Source: Oceanispirochaeta sp. (GTDB taxonomy: Bacteria; Spirochaetota; Spirochaetia; DSM-2461). From it: a stretch of 64,000 nt of DNA. Positions 39,377-49,347 of the stretch are shown in pieces. The position numbers and the translations under genes were made by a program. The DNA lies in contig CAXXOA010000002.1 in the NCBI GenBank assembly GCA_963666275.2, positions 352,001 to 416,000 on the forward strand, read 5' to 3'. Every line of letters begins with the position of its first letter. Positions within the stretch are counted from its first letter, which is position 1. The notes below the pieces were generated by a model. It saw only the letters and a list, made by a program, of their open reading frames with translations, had not been told where the DNA came from and made no database searches.

Positions 39377-39923
39377 CAGCATCTCCCGGTGAAGTTTCAA
39401 TACTGCCGTTCACATCAGAGGAAAAACCGATTGTATTTGAGTAGAAATCGGCATTGAAACCCCGGCCTTTCAGAACAGATCCGTCATCCATGGAAATCTC
39501 CACCCGTTTTTCGTCTGTACTTTTCAAGATTCTCGTTTCGTCCTCCCACTGGAGAGATTCCGCAGTCATAGAAGCTTCATTCTGAGAGGAGTATCCTGAA
39601 ATATTCCCCTGAATCGTGGCATCATTGTTCTTATTGATAAGAAGATAGTCGGCTGTTCCTTCCGTAAGGATTCCGCGGCTGCTGTCGTATTCCAGGAATT
39701 TGACATCAAACAGTTCCGTGTCCTCCCGTTCCTCCCAGATCTTTGCCTCTTCCGCTGAAAAAGAAGCCCGGGGAACGCCGTTTTTCACCTGCACCCGGGA
39801 AACATCATAAAGGATTGATGATGGAATGGTATCGGAGAGCTCCTCTTTTACAGAAGTATCATAATCCAGAGAACAGGAGAAAAGAAAAATCGTTACTGTT
39901 AAGGAAAATATTAGAATCTTCAT
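39369..39923 (-). CDS. lptC: LptC family lipoprotein
   Basis: LFSC lipobox, AESLQW, LKGRGFNAD; operon position. Confidence 0.72.
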   Translation of the reverse strand: MKILIFSLTVTIFLFSCSLDYDTSVKEELSDTIPSSILYDVSRVQVKNGVPRASFSAEEAKIWEEREDTELFDVKFLEYDSSRGILTEGTADYLLINKNNDATIQGNISGYSSQNEASMTAESLQWEDETRILKSTDEKRVEISMDDGSVLKGRGFNADFYSNTIGFSSDVNGSIETSPGDADE

Positions 39924-40065
39924 TCTGCGAAAAATTATCTTTTTATCATCCTTCCCTGTCAATCGACATTTTACCAATTATTCTCGCAGTTGAACACTTT
40001 TATATACTATAATGAAAATTCAGATCCGATAATAGATTGAGCGACTGCAGAATTATCCGTTTTTA

Positions 40066-40095
40066 TTGACAGCCATATTCTGTTGGAATTAGACT
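40066..40095 (+). promoter_or_regulatory. sigma70-type promoter for cheRB
   Basis: TTGACA-N18-TAGACT. Confidence 0.45.
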
Positions 40096-40127
40096 CTGTA
40101 TAGTTAAAAAGGAAAGGAAAACCCCGA

Positions 40128-40946
40128 ATGTCTGAATTTTTAAATGATCAAGATTTTCAGAAAATCAGAGATCTCATTTATAACGAAAGCGGTATACATT
40201 TTTCAGACTCGAATAGAACAATTCTTGAGAGCCGGTTGAAAGAGAGACTCAAACTGCTGAATCTTTCCAGTATTATGGATTACCATAGAAAACTCACAAG
40301 CGACGGGGGAGAACTGAAAGACTTTCTTGATTCGGTTACGACCAACCTCACCCGCTTTTTCAGAAACAACGCCCATTATGATACATTCATAAATTATGTC
40401 ATTCCCGATCTGGTCGCCCTGAAAAGAAAACAGGGAAAGAAGAAGATAACTTTATGGAGTGCGGGATGTTCAACAGGAGAGGAACCCTATACAAATGCCA
40501 TGGTTCTGAAGGAACATCTCCCTCCTGATTTTGAAATTGAAATTACAGCATCAGACTTGAGTCTGAAGTCTCTTATGAAAGCCAAAGAGGGATTTTATCC
40601 CAAGAACAGAGTGACTGGTGTTGAAGATAAATATCTGAACAAGTATTTTGCCCCTCAGGATAACGGTTATAAAATAAAACCGGAAATCGGAGGCCTTATA
40701 CGGTTTGATTATCATAATCTGAAATTTGGCAGCCCTTTAAAAAATCTGGATATTGTTTTCTGTAGAAATGTCCTCATCTACTTTGATGAAGCGGCACAGA
40801 AGAATGTTATTGACAATTTTTACGATGCAATGTCAAATCATTCCTACCTGTTCATAGGACATTCCGAATCCCTATTCGGAATGGACACCCAGTTTAAATT
40901 CATCAAAACAGACTGGGCCTGTATCTACGGTAAAATATTAGACTAA
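40128..40946 (+). CDS. cheR: Chemotaxis methyltransferase
   Basis: TTNLTRFFR, WSAGCSTGEEPY, FCRNVLIYF, GHSES. Confidence 0.96.
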   Translation: MSEFLNDQDFQKIRDLIYNESGIHFSDSNRTILESRLKERLKLLNLSSIMDYHRKLTSDGGELKDFLDSVTTNLTRFFRNNAHYDTFINYVIPDLVALKRKQGKKKITLWSAGCSTGEEPYTNAMVLKEHLPPDFEIEITASDLSLKSLMKAKEGFYPKNRVTGVEDKYLNKYFAPQDNGYKIKPEIGGLIRFDYHNLKFGSPLKNLDIVFCRNVLIYFDEAAQKNVIDNFYDAMSNHSYLFIGHSESLFGMDTQFKFIKTDWACIYGKILD

Positions 40947-40961
40947 TAGAAAGAGGCTTTT

Positions 40962-42092
40962 GTGTCAGTCAATAAAATATCTGTTATGGTCATAGACGAT
41001 TCCGCCCTGATGAGGAATCTCATATCCAAACTCATAGAAAAAGATAATAATCTGGAAGTTGTCGGAACGGCTATGAACGGCCGGTTCGGACTAACTAAAA
41101 TGCCCCGGCTGAATCCGGATGTCATAGTTCTTGATCTTGAAATGCCCGAAATGAACGGCATTGAATTTCTGAAAGAACTCCAGAAAAAGAATATCAAAAT
41201 CCCTGTGGTCATCCTTTCGTCAATTGCGACAAAAGGAGCCAAAGTAACAATGGAAGCCCTCGCATTGGGAGCTTCGGATTTCATTACCAAACCCAGAGGG
41301 GGAGACTCCGACGAACTGGATCAGATTGGAAAGCACCTCAGGGACCTTTTGACCGTTTATGGCAACAATCACAGAAAGAACAAGGGAAGCACACCGGTTA
41401 TGCCTGTGGAAACACCTCTTGAGAAATCCTACTCAACAACAGCTCTCTCGTCTGATAAAAATGGTATATCCGCCCCTTCCAGCGACTGGGAGGCTATAAC
41501 ACCCAGAAGGCGTCCGGGAAAAACTGAAATCATTGCCATCGGGATTTCCACGGGAGGTCCCAATGCCCTGAGGCAGGTGTTCTCCCAGATTGATCCGGAG
41601 TTGAAGATTCCGATCCTGGTTGTTCAGCATATGCCGGCGGGGTTTACCAAGGAATTTGCCGCCAGCCTCGACAGAATCTGTCCTCTGGAAGTCAAGGAAG
41701 CCCAGGAAGGGGATATTATAAAACCCGGAAGGATCCTTATCGCTCCGGGAGATGCCCATATAGAAGTGGAGAAAAAATCCCTCGCCGCGATTATCCGGCT
41801 GGATAATACGGAACTTGTTAACGGTCATAAACCTTCGGCGGGTGTTCTGTTCAAATCCATAGCCAAAAATTACGGCAGCAATGCCATGGCTGTTATTATG
41901 ACAGGAATGGGAAAAGACGGAGCCAGAGAGATAGGAGAAGTCCTCAGGGAAGGGGGAATTACCATTGCCCAGGACCAGCATTCCTGCATTGTCTACGGAA
42001 TGCCCCGGGTTGCGATCGAACACAACTATATCTCACATATAGTTCCGCTTCCCGAGATGGCTTCAAAAATTTCTGAATTGATTGTCGAGTAG
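40962..42092 (+). CDS. cheB: Chemotaxis response-regulator methylesterase
   Basis: DDSALMR, LDLEMP, GISTGGP, VQHMP, TGMGKDG, VYGMP. Confidence 0.96.
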   Translation: MSVNKISVMVIDDSALMRNLISKLIEKDNNLEVVGTAMNGRFGLTKMPRLNPDVIVLDLEMPEMNGIEFLKELQKKNIKIPVVILSSIATKGAKVTMEALALGASDFITKPRGGDSDELDQIGKHLRDLLTVYGNNHRKNKGSTPVMPVETPLEKSYSTTALSSDKNGISAPSSDWEAITPRRRPGKTEIIAIGISTGGPNALRQVFSQIDPELKIPILVVQHMPAGFTKEFAASLDRICPLEVKEAQEGDIIKPGRILIAPGDAHIEVEKKSLAAIIRLDNTELVNGHKPSAGVLFKSIAKNYGSNAMAVIMTGMGKDGAREIGEVLREGGITIAQDQHSCIVYGMPRVAIEHNYISHIVPLPEMASKISELIVE

Positions 42093-42094
42093 GC

Positions 42095-42562
42095 TCAGCC
42101 GCAGCCTTTACAGCTTGTACAGGCACTGTTGCAGCTTTTCCACTTCTGAATATCCGCCTGAGAGAGAATCTTCTCAATGTGAGGCATCTCTCCGGGGCCT
42201 TTATATTTTCTGATAAGAGCGATAATACCGAAACCGCCGGCAAGACCGGCCATGCCCAGCAGATAGAGGAGTGCTTCTTTCTGCAGGATCAGTTCTCCCA
42301 GTTTATAGGCTGCAAAAAAGCAGACAAGAGGAAATATAAACATCAGGAAAGCCGCTCTGACAGCTCCCGACGGGTCGACCATAATCTCAACCATATCTCC
42401 TTCATGGAGGTCCAGACTCTTACTGTTGCTGGCGGGGAAATTCTTTTCTTTGACTCCCCAGAAAGAGCGGGATGTATTGGACTTTTCAGATTTAGGATTG
42501 GGCAGGTGCACCTGTACAATTCTATGATCCTGTATACTTTCAACTATTACTGGCTGTTTCAT
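42095..42562 (-). CDS. RseC/MucC-like membrane protein with C-terminal Cys cluster
   Basis: EGDMVEI, AAFLMFIFPL, two TM helices, CNSACTSCKGCG tail. Confidence 0.7.
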   Translation of the reverse strand: MKQPVIVESIQDHRIVQVHLPNPKSEKSNTSRSFWGVKEKNFPASNSKSLDLHEGDMVEIMVDPSGAVRAAFLMFIFPLVCFFAAYKLGELILQKEALLYLLGMAGLAGGFGIIALIRKYKGPGEMPHIEKILSQADIQKWKSCNSACTSCKGCG

Positions 42563-43358
42563 TGGGAACCTCCGTACATGGTATTCTTAAACTTTCAATC
42601 GATTCAACTTTTCCATTGCTGTTCAGATCCATCACAACGCCCTGGAGCTCCAGATTCTCAAAACAGTCTTTGGAACGTTCGGGCACCTGGGTCATGAATT
42701 TTCCCAGCTCAATTTCAGGATCAAGCCCCCCCACGGAAAAGAGGCTCCCGGTTCTTCCCGAATCGGTAATGATAGCGGTTCCTTTGGGCATGATCCCGCA
42801 GTCTGCCGTTATGGCCCGGGTTCCCGAACCTATCACCGCAGAGACTTTTCCGTCTATCAGATGGAACATTGTCTGTTTTTCCGCTGTTGTGGTGGCATGA
42901 AAATTCACAATAATGGAATCTGTACTGCTCCTGAGTTTGCTCACAATCTCAGGCAGATAGGAAAAAGGGTTGGACAGGTGAACCCTGTAATAACCGGACT
43001 GACCCATTATATTGATCACTCCGATCTTCTGATCCCCCACATTGAAAACCCCCCAACCCCTGCCGGGACTGCCGGGAGGATAATTGGCAGGACGGAGAAC
43101 AAAGGACGCCTTGGATATAAAGCCGACCATATCTTTTTTATAATAGACGCACTCACCTGAGGTAATGAGATCAAGACCAAGCTTTTTCAACTGGAGAGAG
43201 TGATTCTTTCCCATACCGAATCCACCGGCGACACCATTACCATTGGCAATGGTAAAATCGATCCCGTACTCTTTTTTAATCCTGGGAAGCATTCGTTTTA
43301 CAGTAAAGACACCTGCTTTACTGACAATTTCACCGATGAAGAGAATTTTCATTATCAT
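42540..43358 (-). CDS. TIGR00282/YmdB-family metallophosphoesterase (degenerate ligands)
   Basis: MKILFIGEIV, IANGNG, LRPANYP, FHATTTAEK, TDSGRTG. Confidence 0.85.
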   Translation of the reverse strand: MIMKILFIGEIVSKAGVFTVKRMLPRIKKEYGIDFTIANGNGVAGGFGMGKNHSLQLKKLGLDLITSGECVYYKKDMVGFISKASFVLRPANYPPGSPGRGWGVFNVGDQKIGVINIMGQSGYYRVHLSNPFSYLPEIVSKLRSSTDSIIVNFHATTTAEKQTMFHLIDGKVSAVIGSGTRAITADCGIMPKGTAIITDSGRTGSLFSVGGLDPEIELGKFMTQVPERSKDCFENLELQGVVMDLNSNGKVESIESLRIPCTEVPNETASNS

Positions 43359-43436
43359 AAAATACAAAATTTGACCGCAAGAAACAATCGCCCGGCCCTC
43401 TTATATTCAATTGTTTTACTCCCATAAAGAGGGTTA

Positions 43437-43465
43437 TTGACAAAATGAATGAGGCTACCTATACT
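43437..43465 (+). promoter_or_regulatory. sigma70 promoter of tRNA-Leu copy 1
   Basis: TTGACA-N17-TATACT. Confidence 0.8.
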
Positions 43466-43477
43466 AAGCCCACGTCT

Positions 43478-43561
43478 GCCTGGATGGTGAAATTGGTAGA
43501 CACGCTAGTTTCAGGGACTAGTGCTCGCAAGGGCGTGGAGGTTCGAGTCCTCTTCCAGGCA
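43478..43561 (+). tRNA. tRNA-Leu (CAG), copy 1; CCA not encoded
   Basis: GCCTGGA/TCCAGGC acceptor stem, CTAGT-TTCAGGG-ACTAG anticodon arm, long variable arm, GGTTCGAGTCC T arm. Confidence 0.97.
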
Positions 43562-43565
43562 TAAA

Positions 43566-43597
43566 AGATCCAATCTGTTGATTGGGTCTTTTTTTTT
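43566..43597 (+). terminator. Terminator after tRNA-Leu copy 1
   Basis: AGATCCAATC/GATTGGGTCT stem then a T run. Confidence 0.85.
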
Positions 43598-43666
43598 GCT
43601 TAAAACTTACGATTTCATCTTTAAAACTGTTTGCTATTTTTAAGTCATAACTCCGAATTGACTGAT

Positions 43667-44869
43667 TCAATTTCCGTTTTGAGCCCAGAGTCGTTTATAT
43701 AGGACTTCCGGTTCGACAGTATCAGCCGGAAGCACCTGGATATTTTCAATACCACTGCAAATATCCAGAAGATTATCCTTCCCGTAGCAGAGAAAGACCC
43801 CCATCGAATCCCGATAGAAGTTATCTGACTCCAGGATGGAAGGCCTGACAGGAAGCATTCCACCCGGGCTCATATGCAGATAGGATAAATAGACATCTTC
43901 TCTATAAAAAAAGTTGATAAACTTCTTAACCAGGTCCGGACTGATACCTGTATTGAAAATCCCCCATCCGCTCACACTCCCAAAACTTTTCACATCATCT
44001 CCATAGGAGAGAGCACTGATAAAACCGGTTTTTTCGAGAAGCCCTTTGCTGCTGTCAGTTCCGGTAAGATCAGAAAAATGTTTTCCAGTCAATGAGTCAG
44101 CCCCTATACTGTCAATTGCCAGATCATCCATAAGATGAGTAGAATAGATCAGCATGGGAGCTCTGTTCTGAAAGTAATAATCTCTGGCTCTGGAAGTTAG
44201 TTCCCCTTTCGGTGCTGATGCAGCCAAATTCCTGTAGAGTGCGAAAGTCTTCTCATTCAGCCTTCCACCTGACATCTGGTAGAATGACTGCTGGAGATAT
44301 CGGTCTTCAGCTGTGCCGATGATACATCCATAATCCATAATTCCGGAATTTATAATTAAGCGGGCAGTCTGCAGGATACTTTCCGGATTCTCCGGAACCG
44401 CAATTCCCAGATTTTGAAAAACATCTTTTCGATACCAGATAAGCTGGAGCCAGGCAGTGAAGGGGATTCCAATATATTCTGATGCCTCAACGGGGTCTTT
44501 AAAAGCGGATAATGCACCGGCATAAAATGGTTCACTCATCAATTCATTGAGAATATCTGTCGACAAAAACCGGTTCAGAAATCCTTTGTCAGCAAACATA
44601 TGAAGAATGGGAGAATCTGCAATTAAAATATCTGCCACAGGTGTGCCCTGGTCACCGATTAAACTCATTGGGGTTTCATCGCTAAAGGGAATAATTTCAA
44701 CTTCAATGGAAGGATAATACAATTCAAAAGCGTCACATAGGTATCTCAGCTCAGCCAACCTTTCCGTTTGCGTATTGGATGTGGCAAAACGGAGAACCTC
44801 AGAACTCAAAGGTGAGAAAGCCCATACCAGCAAAATCCCGGCTATGAATAATAAGCGAAACAGCTTCAT
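43667..44869 (-). CDS. Extracellular solute-binding protein (family 1-like)
   Basis: Signal peptide, GIPF...IWYRKD, YSTHLMDDLA, HMSPGGMLP; ATGA overlap with the cyclase. Confidence 0.78.
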   Translation of the reverse strand: MKLFRLLFIAGILLVWAFSPLSSEVLRFATSNTQTERLAELRYLCDAFELYYPSIEVEIIPFSDETPMSLIGDQGTPVADILIADSPILHMFADKGFLNRFLSTDILNELMSEPFYAGALSAFKDPVEASEYIGIPFTAWLQLIWYRKDVFQNLGIAVPENPESILQTARLIINSGIMDYGCIIGTAEDRYLQQSFYQMSGGRLNEKTFALYRNLAASAPKGELTSRARDYYFQNRAPMLIYSTHLMDDLAIDSIGADSLTGKHFSDLTGTDSSKGLLEKTGFISALSYGDDVKSFGSVSGWGIFNTGISPDLVKKFINFFYREDVYLSYLHMSPGGMLPVRPSILESDNFYRDSMGVFLCYGKDNLLDICSGIENIQVLPADTVEPEVLYKRLWAQNGN

Positions 44870-47001
44870 TTGCTATCCATCCATCTGTGAGGAGACCATT
44901 CCTTCCGGGTATCCATAAGCTGCTCCCGACAGATCGCAATTAAACGAAGGGTATTATAATCATCGTTCTTCAAAAAGACGGCAGACTCAAAGAGAACAAG
45001 CGCTTTTTCCAGTTTCCCTTTCAGATACTCTTCAAATCCCTCGCAGATCATTTCAGCGAAATCACAGGTTCTGGTATCTCTGCTTCCCGGCAGATCCATC
45101 AGCTCATAAATAATCAGAGGTTGGCTCCTGCCTTTCACAACAACCGAATCCATGGGGCGAATAATAAATGGATGGGTCAAACTCTCTTTTGTTCCCTCAC
45201 CGATAAGAATCTGTGTCCTGAAATATTTATTCATTCCTTCAATTCGACTGGCAAGATTGACTGTATCGCCGATAACCGTATAGTTCATTCTCTGCCGGGA
45301 GCCAATATTTCCGACCATGGCATTCCCCGTTTCGATTCCTATCCTTGTAAAAAACTCAGGCATCAGCGTTTTGTTCCAGAACTCGTTCATCCGGGATAAA
45401 ACACCCTGCATTTCCAGGGCGGCATAGCAGGCCAGATCTGCATGATTATGTTTGATTTCAGGAGCATTCCAGAATGCCATAATCGAATCTCCGATGAACT
45501 TGTCGATGGTACCGCCTCTGTTTTTAATTTCACCCAACAGAGCTTCGAAGTAATATGAAAGCTGCGTAAAGAGCTCCTCTGGATTTAGATTTTCAGAAAT
45601 ATTTGTGAAGTTCTGTATGTCAGAAAACAGAAAAGTCATTTCTCTCTGCTCTCCCTCCAGATTAACATCATTTGAAGAGTTGAGTAGCTGTTTGACAAGA
45701 TCAGAGGGAACATAGGAAGAAAAGTGACGGAGACCTTTTTTCATAACACCTATTTCGGTACTTAAAAGATGGATCTCTGTTATGGCTGTGTTGATTTGAA
45801 CATCATCGTCAAAATGGAATTCACCGATTTTTTTCGCTTCTTCCATAAGGCTGAGGATCGGCCTGCTTATTAATTTGGATATATAGAAAATTCCGGGAAT
45901 AGATGCCAGGAGAATCAGAAGGGAAATCAGAACGGTGATTCTAAATGTTCTAATGAAAGGAAGAAGTATCTGATCTTTTGACACGGCGACAAAAAGGAAC
46001 TCGTTTTGACTCCAGGGAACTGTATTGATCTTGATAATGAACTCTTCTTTTTCAGCAAAGACCGAATAGTTTTTATTGAAATCCAGATTATCAATACCGT
46101 ATTCTTCCATAAAAGCCTGAATCACCAGGTTATGAGAGTTCTCAAGGAGGGGCATCGTATTCATCCGGTAGGAAATCAGGGCATCCATGGGAAATGCGAC
46201 ACACTCGCCGTCACTGTTGAAAATCAGAGTCAGAGCCTGTTTGCTCTTGCCCAGTTCATCCAGATACTCATTCATTTCAGAAAGCAGCATATCAACTCCC
46301 AGAACTCCCCCTATGCTACTTGAGAACCCTTTTGAGACTGTGATTCCGGGAACTGTGATGTTTGAAAACATATAGGGCCCTGTTCTAACCGGTTCATTCT
46401 CATTAACGGCCGCTTTATACCAGATCCGGTCACGGGGATCGTACCCCCGATCCTTTTCCTTCCGCGATCCGATAGTCTGTCTTGAAGAATTCAAAAACTT
46501 CCATAACCTGACAGGCTTCTCTGAAGAACCTATATAAAACTGACGCAATATGGCATAGGCGGCCCCTTCAGGTGCCCCCAGATTAAAGACAGGACCCTCA
46601 TAATCACTGGCGGCTAGAGAGTAAATTTCAAAGAAAGTACCATCTTCATACCCCACATATATAATTCGAAGCTGTGGGTACCGATCCATGGAGTTCATAA
46701 TAAAATCTTCATAGGGATGGCTCTGAAGACTTGGTTTCTCAGCAATTCCTGGTAGGGATGAAGCCTGATCTGCTATGAAAAATGCCGGCTCATGCAGACT
46801 CTGCATTTCCATTACCACTTTCTCAGTTTTTTCAGAAATAGTAACTTCCGAAAGATCTATCGCGTATGCGACACTCCTTCTATACTGCAGTAATGTCACC
46901 GCTCCCACAATAGAAACGATGAGAACAGTAAACATAAAAAATATTGTCACCAGGATAGGAATACCAGAGTTTTTTTTCCCTTTAAAAAAATCTTTCTTCA
47001 T
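44866..47001 (-). CDS. Membrane class III adenylate cyclase with Cache-like sensor and HAMP
   Basis: YDPRDRIWY, FSDIQNFT, DKFIGDSIMAFW, NYTVIGDTVNLASRIEG. Confidence 0.92.
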   Translation of the reverse strand: MKKDFFKGKKNSGIPILVTIFFMFTVLIVSIVGAVTLLQYRRSVAYAIDLSEVTISEKTEKVVMEMQSLHEPAFFIADQASSLPGIAEKPSLQSHPYEDFIMNSMDRYPQLRIIYVGYEDGTFFEIYSLAASDYEGPVFNLGAPEGAAYAILRQFYIGSSEKPVRLWKFLNSSRQTIGSRKEKDRGYDPRDRIWYKAAVNENEPVRTGPYMFSNITVPGITVSKGFSSSIGGVLGVDMLLSEMNEYLDELGKSKQALTLIFNSDGECVAFPMDALISYRMNTMPLLENSHNLVIQAFMEEYGIDNLDFNKNYSVFAEKEEFIIKINTVPWSQNEFLFVAVSKDQILLPFIRTFRITVLISLLILLASIPGIFYISKLISRPILSLMEEAKKIGEFHFDDDVQINTAITEIHLLSTEIGVMKKGLRHFSSYVPSDLVKQLLNSSNDVNLEGEQREMTFLFSDIQNFTNISENLNPEELFTQLSYYFEALLGEIKNRGGTIDKFIGDSIMAFWNAPEIKHNHADLACYAALEMQGVLSRMNEFWNKTLMPEFFTRIGIETGNAMVGNIGSRQRMNYTVIGDTVNLASRIEGMNKYFRTQILIGEGTKESLTHPFIIRPMDSVVVKGRSQPLIIYELMDLPGSRDTRTCDFAEMICEGFEEYLKGKLEKALVLFESAVFLKNDDYNTLRLIAICREQLMDTRKEWSPHRWMDSK

Positions 47002-47189
47002 ACCAGCTTGTTCAACTACTGTAAAATGAATTGAAAAGTATCCAAAAGAATATTCTCCGGTCCAAACATATAGATACTTTTTACTCCTGAAAAAAGTCTA
47101 TATGTTTGATTTTGGGAAATCAAGATTTTTTTACTGATTGATTATTTTTATGCTCTCCAGAAGAGATTCCGTATAAAATTCAGCACAAC

Positions 47190-47576
47190 CTATCGTCTCA
47201 GCAGCAGAGGCGTCATATCCTTCTCATCCTGGACATACCAGGTTTTCCCAAAGCTGAGCTCCGGATGGATATCATCTTTTTCCGGGCACACAAAGACTTC
47301 GTCCACCCGGGTTGGTCTCCAGAGAGTCAGGATATGGTGATACACTTCTCCTTTATGAATAAACCACTCCTCCCAGAAAAGACGATTCTGTTTTGCCCGG
47401 GGAGGTATGGCATTGATTACCGTATACTCATCGTTTTCCTTGAGGACCCATTTGTGTTCTTCATAGGGATTGCCGAAATCCGTGTCCGAATAGAAAAGGA
47501 TCTCCGGATCCAGGTCCAGTCTTCTGAAATAGTCATAGCAGCCGTTTGCCGATAAAGTTCTTCGTAAGCTATTCAT
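47190..47576 (-). CDS. Hypothetical protein
   Basis: 128-aa ORF with GAGG SD filling the gap; no recognised motif. Confidence 0.65.
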   Translation of the reverse strand: MNSLRRTLSANGCYDYFRRLDLDPEILFYSDTDFGNPYEEHKWVLKENDEYTVINAIPPRAKQNRLFWEEWFIHKGEVYHHILTLWRPTRVDEVFVCPEKDDIHPELSFGKTWYVQDEKDMTPLLLRR

Positions 47577-47660
47577 GTAACGCCTCTCACAATTTCATTT
47601 CTTCCAGTATGAATTTTAAACTAAATCGGATGAGGGAGCCATAGGAGAAGCGGGAAAAAA

Positions 47661-49319
47661 TCAGCGCCGCATATATCCGCCTGCCATGGCTGAAGCCGCG
47701 GTAGCCTGAAATATACCCAGAATTCCCGGGAGCTTTTCCTGTTTACGGGAGATCTCTTTCCGTCGTTGTTCAAAATCCACCCCCAGGGCTTCTATGATTC
47801 TTGAAGGTATATCGATCCTGATCCTGTCTCCATCTTTCAGAAGCCCGATCTCTCCCCCTTCTGCCGCCTCGGGGGAGACATGCCCTATACAGGGGCCTTT
47901 ACTGGCTCCGGAAAACCGGCCGTCCGTGATAATGGCTGTGGATGAAACAAGCTCCGGGTCCGCACAGAGCGCTTCGGTCGTATAGAACATCTCGGGCATG
48001 CCGCTCCCTTTGGGCCCCGCATAGGCAATAACAACAACATCCCCCGGCTGGATCCTGCGGGTCAGGATAGCATCCCGGGCATCCAGTTCTGTATAGAACA
48101 CCCTGGCAGTCCCTGTAAAGGTGTGCATCTTTTCATCCATGCCCACATATTTAACCACAGCTCCGTCCCGGGCAATGTTTCCTTTCAGTATGGCAATAGC
48201 ACCGGAGTCATTGAGCTTTTTTATGACATCCTTTTTACTGACGCTGTAATTTGCCAGAAACCCTTCTTTCTCTTTCAGGTATCCGCTTCTTTCCATCTGC
48301 TCCAGATTCTCACCCAGAGTCTGCCCTGTCACTGTGAGGACATCCAGATTGAGATGTTCCTTCAGAATAATCATCAGGGCGGGAACACCGCCGGCATACC
48401 AGAACATATCCGTAGCATAACGTCCCACTGGCCGGGTATTCACAAGGAAGGGAATTTGTCTCTGAATCCTGTCGACCTCATCCGCATAAAAGGGAATTCC
48501 CGCTTCCTCGGCAATTGCGGGAAGGTGAATGAGGGCATTGGTGGATCCTCCGATAGCCCCGTGAATGACCAGAGCATTGTGCATGGATTCTGGAGTCAGG
48601 ATATCCCGCACCCGGATACCTTTTTTCTGCAGTTCCACCAACCGGGCTCCGGCCTGCTTCGCCATATTCTGAATATCCGTGGACGATGCCGGCATAACCG
48701 CACTGTGGGGAAGAGACAGACCCATAGCCTCTGCCATGATCTGCATAGTTGCCGCGGTACCCATGAACTGGCAGGCCCCGCCGGAAGGACAGGCGCTGGC
48801 CTGGCAGATGCGGAATGTCTCTTCACTGATGATATTTTTCTTGAACCCCGCATTCACATTGCCGATCTGTTCCAGGGTAAATCCGTTGGGTCCGCTGGGC
48901 ATCACCCCTCCGGGAACAAAGATACCGGGCAGATTGAGCCGGGCCAGAGCCATCAGATGGGCCGGAACAGCCTTGTCGCAGGAAGAGATGCAGACCAGGC
49001 CGTCAAAGGCACTGGCTTTGGCATGGACTTCCACCATACCGGCTATGAGTTCCCGGGAAACAAGGGAGTAGTTCATGCCCTCATGTCCCTGGGCTATGCC
49101 GTCGCAGATATCTGTTGTGGTGTAGGACGAGGGCTTGGCTCCCCTGAATTTGATCCCGTCCGCGGCCATGTTCACCAGTTTATCCAGCCCCACACTCCCG
49201 GGGTGACTGTCTCCGAAGGTGCTTTCCACAAGGATCTGTTTCCGTTCGATATCTTCTTCATCCCAGTGCATGCCCATTCTGAGGGCATCCATTTCCGGGG
49301 CATTCGTGTTAATTCCCAT
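47661..49319 (-). CDS. IlvD/Edd-family dehydratase (probably a sugar-acid dehydratase)
   Basis: DICDGIAQG, SCDK, GACQFMGTA, GGSTN, GMPEM, TDGRFSG, HVSPEA. Confidence 0.9.
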   Translation of the reverse strand: MGINTNAPEMDALRMGMHWDEEDIERKQILVESTFGDSHPGSVGLDKLVNMAADGIKFRGAKPSSYTTTDICDGIAQGHEGMNYSLVSRELIAGMVEVHAKASAFDGLVCISSCDKAVPAHLMALARLNLPGIFVPGGVMPSGPNGFTLEQIGNVNAGFKKNIISEETFRICQASACPSGGACQFMGTAATMQIMAEAMGLSLPHSAVMPASSTDIQNMAKQAGARLVELQKKGIRVRDILTPESMHNALVIHGAIGGSTNALIHLPAIAEEAGIPFYADEVDRIQRQIPFLVNTRPVGRYATDMFWYAGGVPALMIILKEHLNLDVLTVTGQTLGENLEQMERSGYLKEKEGFLANYSVSKKDVIKKLNDSGAIAILKGNIARDGAVVKYVGMDEKMHTFTGTARVFYTELDARDAILTRRIQPGDVVVIAYAGPKGSGMPEMFYTTEALCADPELVSSTAIITDGRFSGASKGPCIGHVSPEAAEGGEIGLLKDGDRIRIDIPSRIIEALGVDFEQRRKEISRKQEKLPGILGIFQATAASAMAGGYMRR

Positions 49320-49347
49320 TTCTCTCTTACAATCCTTTCTCAGTGTA

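Noticed and set aside
40006..40032. sigma28-like TCCGATAA upstream of cheR
   Set aside because: No matching TAAA -35 at the right spacing; a sigma70-like promoter lies closer to the gene
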